This document shows, in pieces, positions 1 to 6,667 of a stretch of DNA of 12,051 nucleotides. The DNA lies in assembly GCA_038279365.1 (NCBI GenBank), contig JAYODI010000123.1, positions 1 through 12,051 of the forward strand. Direction: 5' to 3'. A model generated the notes under the pieces. It saw only the letters and a list, made by a program, of their open reading frames with translations, was not told the DNA's origin and did no database searches. This DNA is from Candidatus Latescibacterota bacterium (lineage in GTDB: Bacteria > Latescibacterota > UBA2968). Numbering within the stretch: the stretch's first letter is position 1; every line of letters starts with the position of its first letter. A program made the translations under genes and the position numbers.

Positions 1-46
1 GCTGGACGGAATGGCGCGGAAAATCATGATTGCTTTTTGTGATGGA

Positions 47-1111
47 TCACTTCGTGTTGGTGTTTACGAGATGGGTGACCTCAGTTAGATCAACGTCCAT
101 TTCTTTTTGGGGGAAGTCGTAGGGGAGGAGCCACCAGTCTTCGGTGAAGCTGGCCGATTTGCCAGGGGCGATGTTTTCTTTGGGGCCGATGGGTTCGAGT
201 TCGCAGACTTCGTCGTCTTTGTACCAGATGGAGATGGTGAGGGCGGCCATTTCGTTGTAGGCGCGGTCGGGGTAGGTTTTGTAGCGTTTGACGAAGAGGA
301 GGTCGTTGCGCATGAGGTAGGCGAACCAGCCTGCGTGGGAGTCCATGCCGAGTTTGGCGTGTTGGGGTGGGCCAATGATTTCTAAGAAGCCGTCGCGGGT
401 GCGCAGGTTGGGGTCGTTGGGTTTGAAGTTGATGACGGGGCCGGGGCCATACATGACGTAGTTTTGGGGGAAGCGGCTGTTGGGGGTGAGGGGGATGAGG
501 ACGATGCCGTGGCCTTGGGCGAGGGTGCGGCTCCAGTGGCACCAGTGTTTGGTTTCTTTGGAGATGTTTATAATGGTTTGGGTGACGGATAGGTGAGAAC
601 CCTCTTCGGCGAGGGTGAAGTCGCGGGTGAGTTGAACGCCTGTGGCGTCGTCTTTGAGGCTGGTCATGCGGGCTTGGCGGGGGCCTGTGATTTCGATTTG
701 CCACGGGCCACGCCAGAGGGTGGGGTGTTTGGGAATGGTGTGTTCGGGGCCAATGTCGAAGCGGCCTGCGCTGACGTTGACGGGGTTTGTGTCGTTGCTG
801 GCCATCCAGCCGTTTTGCGCGGCGTTTCGGAATAAGGATTCTTTGCCATTGAGTGTGTAGGAGAGGATGCGTCCACCAGCATGGGGGCCGAGGATGACAA
901 CGGTTGTTTCGTTTTCTAATTGGACACAGTTTTCATATCCTGCAAAATCGACAAAAGAGGTACCGTCCATATGTTTCTCCGCAGCAAAGAGGTGGTGATT
1001 GTGAAATAAAAGAACAAGGGCAATGAGTGCGAGACATGTAAAATGCAAGCCCAGAGACAGGGGTGCAAGAGGGCGTTGGGTAGACAAATGGGTGTGTTTC
1101 CGGTTGGTCAT
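47..1111 (-). CDS. Probable secreted protein with a DUF4380-like / galactose-mutarotase-like beta-sandwich fold; function unknown
   Basis: 354-aa ORF, ATG at 1109-1111, TGA at 47-49. The hydrophobic N-terminal segment (LHFTCLALIALVLLF...LFA|AEK) looks like a signal peptide. The mature part (ENCVQLEN..V.LGPHAGGRILSYTLNGKESLF, LSVTQTIIN..K..HWCHWSRT, ELEPIGP...IAPGKS.SFTEDWWL) follows the pattern I recall for DUF4380/aldose-epimerase-like proteins. An alternative start at M48 (no signal peptide) cannot be excluded. Confidence 0.65.
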   Translation of the reverse strand: MTNRKHTHLSTQRPLAPLSLGLHFTCLALIALVLLFHNHHLFAAEKHMDGTSFVDFAGYENCVQLENETTVVILGPHAGGRILSYTLNGKESLFRNAAQNGWMASNDTNPVNVSAGRFDIGPEHTIPKHPTLWRGPWQIEITGPRQARMTSLKDDATGVQLTRDFTLAEEGSHLSVTQTIINISKETKHWCHWSRTLAQGHGIVLIPLTPNSRFPQNYVMYGPGPVINFKPNDPNLRTRDGFLEIIGPPQHAKLGMDSHAGWFAYLMRNDLLFVKRYKTYPDRAYNEMAALTISIWYKDDEVCELEPIGPKENIAPGKSASFTEDWWLLPYDFPQKEMDVDLTEVTHLVNTNTK

Positions 1112-1151
1112 TTTAGATCACTCACTTTGTTTATGATCTGTGGGATGGTGG

Positions 1152-1179
1152 AGATATCTGTTCTTAATTAAGGTGAAAA
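1152..1179 (-). promoter_or_regulatory. Putative sigma70-like promoter (TTTTCA-N17-TATCTC) for the 47..1111 gene
   Basis: The minus strand reads TTTTCACC (1179-1172), 15 nt, TATCT (1156-1152), 40 nt upstream of the ATG at 1111. The same motif with the same spacing occurs upstream of dat (11980-12007). Confidence 0.4.
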
Positions 1180-1189
1180 CTTTTTTTAA

Positions 1190-1230
1190 GCTCAACAAAA
1201 ATTTTGTTGGCTCACCAATAGGTTTTGTTG
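1190..1230. promoter_or_regulatory. Tandem operator-like palindromes
   Basis: Perfect 8-1-8 palindrome CAACAAAA-A-TTTTGTTG at 1193-1209, directly followed by a degenerate copy. The two units are GCTCAACAAAAATTTTGTTG (1190-1209) and GCTCACCAATAGGTTTTGTTG (1210-1230). The site is intergenic and just upstream of the putative -35 box. Confidence 0.45.
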
Positions 1231-1239
1231 TAGAAATGA

Positions 1240-3351
1240 TTATTGGTTTTTGGGTGTTTCGGATTTGGTATTGTTGTTAAAATCGAGGCTGAGCTTGTAA
1301 GCACCCGATGTCATTTCGATCACGCCGCTGTTGTAATGAGATTGCATATAAGGACTGTCAAAGACTTTTGGATGTTGATAGTCTATATGCTTGCCTCCAA
1401 TGGTGGGTACGTCACTTGTGTTGGCTGCGTTGAATACCATTTCTTCCATGTTAGGTGCGGCGCTTTTGTAAACGACAACAACGCCTGTTTCTCTGGTGAC
1501 GACGGTTCGGTAAAGTGTTAACTGGCTTTGTGAGATCGTTGTTTGGAAATCTTGGATTGTGGCATAATCGGTTTTGCGTCCTGCTTCAATGATGATGGGG
1601 CTGTATTTGTTGGTGAGCTGTAAGATGGTACGGTCTTTGTTGAAAGTATAGCTGTCGTTTCTAAGAACGATTCGATCTCTATAACTGTCGGTTCCTTTGG
1701 CCCAGGCTTTGGCGTCGGTTTCTGATTGGAGCAAAAGAATGCGTATTGCGACATAGACATTTTCCTGTTCCAGAAATACCCATCCATCTTTTTCAACTAT
1801 TTGATCCCACCCTGTGCCTATAAATAAACCGAAGGTTCTGTCATATCGGCTGTCGTTGGCAGGATACCAATCGGGATTGGCCTGTGTCCAGCGTCTTCGT
1901 TGTTGTGTGATGAGCGCGTTTTTGTGTTGTAGGCTGTGATAAACCAACTCCATGTCATATGTGTTTCCATCTTCGATTTCCGCATCTGGGGTGTCCAGTG
2001 CAACGGTTGCAAGACGTGCGTTGGGGTTTGCAGTGACCAAACCTTGCCAGCGTCCAGCGGTTGCAAGGTGGTTGTAGAGTGCATAAGGATGATCCATTTG
2101 AGTACCCAGCACATAATCGGGTGTGATCCAAGCATATTTGACAAAGCGAGAGGGTGTGTCACCCATCATGGTGCGTTCTGTTCCCAGGGGGCGTGGGCTG
2201 GTGTCTTCCTCTTCACCAATGCCTCGAGAGATGTATGCAAAGGGTTTTCGATCTTTGCGATCTAAGGCCAGTGCCCATACAACTTTTGGCCAAGCATACG
2301 CACTTAAAATTTGTTGTGTGTTGTTGAATGCCGTGTTGCCAAGACCACCCAGATAAAATGTGGCCAGGTCTGACATGGAATCGTACCCGCCTGCATTTTT
2401 GTGGTGACGCGTTTTTGGGCCCCCTCGAAGGCCTGCTATTTGTAACTGTGCCCAGTCTGCCCAGACCAAATCGAGGAACATGCCTGTTCGATTTTTAAGG
2501 GCATTGTCGTCGCAAAAATTGTGAATCATGAGGATGTAACTGATGGTGTATTTCATGTAGGTTGGGGATCCATTTTCTAAAAAGAATCCTCGCTTTGCAC
2601 GTTCTGTAAAATAGGTATTGAGATAGTTGCTCCAAGCATTGTGGTGATCTGCTGGATGATAGGATTGACCATCTGCCCAATTTGCTCGCCCCCCACCATG
2701 GCGGTTGCTGTTTTCTGACCCGCAATAACCCGATTCACCATAGCCGATGCCATCACCGTAACCCAAGTTGGGGTAGATTCGATCTTTGTATTGAGGTTCT
2801 TTGGAAAAGATTTGGGCACTTAACAGATTGCAAGCTTTTGTGTTGAGGTCATGGTTTTCACTGCCTGCCATCCACCAGGTGTTTTTTTGAGCAACAGAAA
2901 TGTCGTTTTTAAATTGGGTGCGTGCCCAAAGCAGAGCCAATAGGGTTTGCTCTGCTTCGGTGCTGAGTCGGTTGGGCATGTGTGTGCTTTTGGAACTGAA
3001 CCAATTGTAGAAGGTGATCAATCTTGCTGTGCGCCACAGGCTGTAGAGGCTCATTTGGGGTTGGATGCCTTGTTTTTCACATGCCGAGAGATCGGTTAAT
3101 TCTGTTTGGAAATCTACGACCAATTCTGCATTGATGGTTTTTAGATCTTGTCCCAGCCACATTTGATCAAATAATTGACGGTCTTTGCCAGAGAAATCGG
3201 ATTTTGCACCTGCTTCAAATGTTTGTTGCACCCGGTAAGAACGTGTTTCGTGTTCTTGTGCCATGCGTTGAATGAGGTGGCGGTCAATGGGAATATCTTC
3301 ATATTCTAAGAGAGATTTAAACCATTGGTTCTTGTTCTCTGTATTGGGCAT
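1240..3351 (-). CDS. Uncharacterised 703-aa protein, paralogue of 6668..8491; candidate heparinase II/III-like polysaccharide lyase fold
   Basis: Long ORF with ATG at 3349-3351, a good RBS (AGGAG, reading ACAGGAGAAACAC-ATG) and TAA at 1240-1242. It shares many collinear blocks with the 607-aa ORF (GSENH, TERAKRGFFLE, LDLVWADWAQ, GGPKTR, TPDYVLGT, RWQG, QHKNALITQ, SPIIIE, FDSPYMQS.YNSG). No evident signal peptide. The CDS is secure; the function is inferred. Confidence 0.85.
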   Translation of the reverse strand: MPNTENKNQWFKSLLEYEDIPIDRHLIQRMAQEHETRSYRVQQTFEAGAKSDFSGKDRQLFDQMWLGQDLKTINAELVVDFQTELTDLSACEKQGIQPQMSLYSLWRTARLITFYNWFSSKSTHMPNRLSTEAEQTLLALLWARTQFKNDISVAQKNTWWMAGSENHDLNTKACNLLSAQIFSKEPQYKDRIYPNLGYGDGIGYGESGYCGSENSNRHGGGRANWADGQSYHPADHHNAWSNYLNTYFTERAKRGFFLENGSPTYMKYTISYILMIHNFCDDNALKNRTGMFLDLVWADWAQLQIAGLRGGPKTRHHKNAGGYDSMSDLATFYLGGLGNTAFNNTQQILSAYAWPKVVWALALDRKDRKPFAYISRGIGEEEDTSPRPLGTERTMMGDTPSRFVKYAWITPDYVLGTQMDHPYALYNHLATAGRWQGLVTANPNARLATVALDTPDAEIEDGNTYDMELVYHSLQHKNALITQQRRRWTQANPDWYPANDSRYDRTFGLFIGTGWDQIVEKDGWVFLEQENVYVAIRILLLQSETDAKAWAKGTDSYRDRIVLRNDSYTFNKDRTILQLTNKYSPIIIEAGRKTDYATIQDFQTTISQSQLTLYRTVVTRETGVVVVYKSAAPNMEEMVFNAANTSDVPTIGGKHIDYQHPKVFDSPYMQSHYNSGVIEMTSGAYKLSLDFNNNTKSETPKNQ

Positions 3352-3391
3352 GTGTTTCTCCTGTGCAGGTAGAGCATTGATTTTTTATGTG

Positions 3392-4759
3392 CTATTTGGA
3401 GTAGGGTACTGCGCCGTGTTCATCTGTTTCGTATCCCCACTTTTTGAGGTAATAGCTGCTCTCTTTGAAGGGGTCGTTGATTTTGTTGAGTTGTGCGGAT
3501 AGTTTTTGTGCCAATTGAATTTGGATGTCTGCTGCTTCTGGTGTATGGGCCAAGTTGTTTAACTGATAGGGGTCTTTTATGTCATCAAAGAGATAGATAT
3601 CGTTGCGATCTGTTTTGACAAATGTATAACGGTGGGTGCGAATGGCGCGATAAGCAGGGTCGAGGTAATTGCGGTTGCTAAAGGGCGAGATACTCATGTA
3701 AAGCGCGGTGTGGTTTTCCAATTCTGTTTGATCGCGCACACACGTCGATAAGTCTGTGCCTTCAACGGTGTTGGGTATGTCAAGGCCACACAGACTTAAT
3801 AAAGTTGGCATAATATCGACGGTACCCAGTGGGGTCATGATTTTTTTAAGGGATTTGTTTGCTGTTATGGGTGGGTATTTTAATAGGAAGGGAACACGAC
3901 AGGATTCGTCCCAAAAAATTTGTTTGGTAAATGGAGGCTTTTGGTGTGCGCCCATTGTTTCGCCATGATCAGATGCAAAGATGAGGATGGTGTTTTCTTC
4001 GAGGCCTTGGGTTTTGATGGTTTCGACCAAATCGCGCACACAGGTGTCTAATGCGGCGATGTGGGCATAATAACCTGCGGCTTCTTTGCGGGTGTAGGCT
4101 TCTTCGTCGGGTGTTTTGAATGTGGTGTTGGGTGCAAAGGTGATTGTGTCTGGGGAGAACATTTTTTGATATTCTTTGGGGGCGTTGTGATGGGGGAAAT
4201 GGGGTGGACCTAAAGACAGGACAAGGAAGAAGGGGTTGTCTGTGTTTGTGTGGTCTTTAATGTAAGTTTGGGCATCTTTTGTTTGGGCAAAGGCATCATA
4301 ACCTGGCCATGTTTTAATTTCTGGATTGTTGTTGTCGTAGTATTGCGAGTTTTGATAGTCGTGTGTGCATTCCAAGACTTTCCAGTAGTCAAAACCTTGT
4401 CGGCGTTCAGGTGGAATATAACTGGCACGGCCATGCCCATCGACATGCCATTTGCCGATGTAGGCGGTGTCGTAACCCCCTGCTTTGAATGCTTTGCCAA
4501 TGCTGTTTTCATCTGGGGAGAGTGACACATCATTCATGAAGACACCTGTTGTTGTGGGGAAACGCCCCGTTAAAAAGGCGGCTCGGGCAGGTGTGCAAAC
4601 AGGAGAGGTGCCAATGGCATTGGCAAAGTTGATGGATTCTGCGGCCAGTTTGTCTATGTGTGGTGTGTGCGCATTGGGGTCGCCATTATAACCGGTTGCT
4701 TTGGCGCGCCACTGGTCGGTTAGGATATAGATGACATTGGGTTTGGTATGAGAGATCAT
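3392..4759 (-). CDS. Formylglycine-dependent (Cys-type) sulfatase, family S1
   Basis: N-terminal KPNVIYILTDQ, signature CTPARAAFLTG (C-x-P-x-R), GYDTAYIGKWH, PPH, LIFASDHG and YLFD..KDPYQLNNL. Start placed at ATG 4757-4759 (MISHTKPNV, 455 aa) because an AGGGG RBS-like site lies at 4765-4769. The longer TTG start at 4816 runs through a hairpin. Stop TAG at 3392-3394. Confidence 0.95.
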   Translation of the reverse strand: MISHTKPNVIYILTDQWRAKATGYNGDPNAHTPHIDKLAAESINFANAIGTSPVCTPARAAFLTGRFPTTTGVFMNDVSLSPDENSIGKAFKAGGYDTAYIGKWHVDGHGRASYIPPERRQGFDYWKVLECTHDYQNSQYYDNNNPEIKTWPGYDAFAQTKDAQTYIKDHTNTDNPFFLVLSLGPPHFPHHNAPKEYQKMFSPDTITFAPNTTFKTPDEEAYTRKEAAGYYAHIAALDTCVRDLVETIKTQGLEENTILIFASDHGETMGAHQKPPFTKQIFWDESCRVPFLLKYPPITANKSLKKIMTPLGTVDIMPTLLSLCGLDIPNTVEGTDLSTCVRDQTELENHTALYMSISPFSNRNYLDPAYRAIRTHRYTFVKTDRNDIYLFDDIKDPYQLNNLAHTPEAADIQIQLAQKLSAQLNKINDPFKESSYYLKKWGYETDEHGAVPYSK

Positions 4760-4772
4760 ATGGGCCCCTATA

Positions 4773-4809
4773 AATAAAGGAAAACCCAGTAAACATGCGA
4801 TACTGGGTT
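4773..4809 (-). terminator. Putative intrinsic terminator (or operator) hairpin
   Basis: Perfect 9-bp inverted repeat AACCCAGTA (4783-4791) / TACTGGGTT (4801-4809) with a 9-nt loop. On the minus strand the stem ends in and continues as TTTTCCTTTATTT. It lies about 50 nt after the stop codon of 4862..5353. Confidence 0.55.
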
Positions 4810-4861
4810 GTGCCAAGGATGGGAGGTAACATTTGCTGAAGCGATTGGATGTGTTTTAAGA

Positions 4862-5353
4862 TCAGTTATTTTCAGGTCGCGTGTTATTTGAATGGCCATC
4901 TGTTTGATCTTCGGTTTTATACTCTCCTAATAAAACCAATAAATGATGGGGTGACAGACCACTGGGAATGCCTTTGTGAATGAGATTTTCGATGACGGAT
5001 AATTTGCGTGCATGATCTTGTCGGTCTTGGTCTAATTTGACAAGTGATGCACCAAATTTGGTGAGGTTTTGCGAAATGCGATATCGAAAAAATAGAGTAA
5101 GAGAAAGAATGATGGCGCCCCATATGAGGGCTGCGAGTGAAAAGATAAATTCACCGCGAAAAAAAATATGTGCAAATCCACCCAGAACCATGAGGGTTCC
5201 GAGGGCAATGGGGATGTGGGTATAATCTTGGGCGAGGCGGTCTTGAAGGCGCGACAACAATTGATCCAATCTTAAGGTGTTGTGGGCCACTTGCTCGGAC
5301 ATGGCGTCGATGATATGGTCTACCTCGTCGTCCATGTGATCCATATTATCCAT
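4862..5353 (-). CDS. Hypothetical membrane protein with two TM helices flanked by helical/coiled segments
   Basis: ORF with two hydrophobic stretches (IPIALGTLMVLGGFAHIFF; FIFSLAALIWGAIILSLTLFF), stop TGA at 4862-4864. Start is ambiguous (ATGs at 5359, 5353, 5344, 5335). The ATG at 5353 overlaps the upstream stop (ATGGATAA), consistent with translational coupling. Confidence 0.7.
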   Translation of the reverse strand: MDNMDHMDDEVDHIIDAMSEQVAHNTLRLDQLLSRLQDRLAQDYTHIPIALGTLMVLGGFAHIFFRGEFIFSLAALIWGAIILSLTLFFRYRISQNLTKFGASLVKLDQDRQDHARKLSVIENLIHKGIPSGLSPHHLLVLLGEYKTEDQTDGHSNNTRPENN

Positions 5354-5840
5354 GTGCATCTCGCTTGCGAATAAGTCTTGCGGGTGTGCCACCGACTACG
5401 GAGTAGGGTTCGACATCGTGGGTGACCACGGCACCGGCTCCGACAATGCTGTGTGCGCCAATGCGCACGCCACCAATGATAACCGCATTGGCTCCGATCC
5501 AAACGTCATCTTCGATGATGATTTCTTTTTTGTTCACTTTCTGTTCAACCATAGGTATGTCGATGCGGTCATACCCGTGCCCAACACTGGCAAAGACCAC
5601 GTGGGCTGCTACTGCAACATTGTTGCCGATGGTTAGGGGGCCATATAAAACGCCGTAGGGGGCAAAGTGGGTGTTGTTGCCGATGGTGATCCAGGTTCCA
5701 CAGGGGCTTAGGAAGACACCGTTGTGAAAGGCGACGTGGTCGCCAATACTTATCAGTTCGGGATGTAAGATATCTACACCTGACCAGAATTGAACGTTTT
5801 CGCCTTTTGATTTGAGTTTGCTTTCGTCAAAAAGTGCCAT
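5346..5840 (-). CDS. Hexapeptide-repeat (left-handed beta-helix) O-acyltransferase, maltose/galactoside acetyltransferase-like
   Basis: Repeats ISIGDHV, ITIGNNT, LTIGNNV, then H-GY, IIIEDDVWIGANAVIIGGVRIGAHSIVGAGAVVTHDVEPYSVVGGTPARLIRKR, the typical C-terminus of the family. Start ATG at 5838-5840 (MALFDES, 164 aa), 1 nt after the upstream stop. The ORF-track extension to 5915 overlaps the upstream gene. Confidence 0.92.
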   Translation of the reverse strand: MALFDESKLKSKGENVQFWSGVDILHPELISIGDHVAFHNGVFLSPCGTWITIGNNTHFAPYGVLYGPLTIGNNVAVAAHVVFASVGHGYDRIDIPMVEQKVNKKEIIIEDDVWIGANAVIIGGVRIGAHSIVGAGAVVTHDVEPYSVVGGTPARLIRKRDAHG

Positions 5841-5841
5841 G

Positions 5842-6621
5842 TTACCATCCCATGTTTTTAAGCCAAGTGACGCACAGATCAAACCAAGCTGCAACGTTTG
5901 GAAGTTCGGGCGCAAGGCCTAATCCGTGCCGACCGTTGGGGAAGATGTGGAGTTCGTAGGGGATATTGTGTTTGCTCAAGGCTTGGGCAAAGAGCATGCT
6001 GTTTTCTGCGGGGACACCTGCATCTTCGGCGGTGTGCCATAAGAAAGTTGGGGGTGTGTTTTCGGTGACTTGATTTTCGAGAGACATGAATGCGATCATT
6101 TTTTCAGATGCGTTTTCGCCAAGCAGATTATTGAACGACCCTTTGTGGCGGAATTCTCCTGATGATATGACAGGGTAACTTAAGATGAGCGCATCGGGGC
6201 GGTTGGATTGTTTGTCAATGTCATCACCCGCACCTGGAATGTCTGAGGCGTGGTGTACGCCGAGGCTGGCGGTTAAATGCCCTCCGGCAGAAAAACCACA
6301 CACAGCGATGTGGTTGGGATTGACGAGCCACTGTGTGGCATTGGCTCGGATGATGCGTAGAGCGCGCGAGACGTCGGCGAGAGGTGCGGGGTGTTGGTTT
6401 GGGGCGACGCGATATTGCACAACAAAGGCGTGGAGGCCTTGGGCGTTGAAGGCTTCGGCAATGTTTTTTCCTTCGTGGGCAGCGCGATTGGCATAACCGC
6501 CGCCGGGGCAGATGAGGATGGCGCCTTTGGGTTCATTTGTTTGGATTGGGTAGAGGTCTAATGTGGGAATGAAATCGCTTTGAGGGTTGTTTGCTGGGGG
6601 GAGGTTGGGGTATAGGTTCAT
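5842..6621 (-). CDS. Alpha/beta hydrolase, acetyl-xylan/carbohydrate esterase-like (BD-FAE / Abhydrolase_3 type)
   Basis: ILICPGGGY oxyanion motif, VQYRVAP, nucleophile elbow GFSAGGH, RPDALILSYPVIS, PPTFLWHTAED..VP (Asp) and GRHGLGL (His). 259 aa, no signal peptide. Confidence 0.92.
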   Translation of the reverse strand: MNLYPNLPPANNPQSDFIPTLDLYPIQTNEPKGAILICPGGGYANRAAHEGKNIAEAFNAQGLHAFVVQYRVAPNQHPAPLADVSRALRIIRANATQWLVNPNHIAVCGFSAGGHLTASLGVHHASDIPGAGDDIDKQSNRPDALILSYPVISSGEFRHKGSFNNLLGENASEKMIAFMSLENQVTENTPPTFLWHTAEDAGVPAENSMLFAQALSKHNIPYELHIFPNGRHGLGLAPELPNVAAWFDLCVTWLKNMGW

Positions 6622-6667
6622 GGGTATCTCTTTTTAAATGATGGTTTGGGATGATGGATAGCTTTAT

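Noticed and set aside
1-27. Possible start of a next minus-strand gene (ATG at 25-27, MIFRAIPSS...)
   Set aside because: Only nine codons are visible before the window edge and there is no clear RBS, so it cannot be supported.
85-900. Alternative-frame ORFs 90..704 (204 aa), 85..375 and 664..900, rich in Pro/Arg/His/Thr
   Set aside because: They lie inside the 354-aa gene and their low-complexity composition follows from C-rich third codon positions. No family motif is seen.
4760-4816. N-terminal extension of the sulfatase (MAQPSIACLLGFPLFIGAH) as a signal peptide
   Set aside because: It needs a TTG start with no RBS, has no basic n-region, and overlaps a hairpin, whereas ATG 4759 has an AGGGG site. 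Not fully excluded.
6622-6667. ATGATGG occurring twice in the 46-nt spacer between the 607-aa gene and the esterase
   Set aside because: Too short to tell from chance. No hairpin or promoter-like arrangement.
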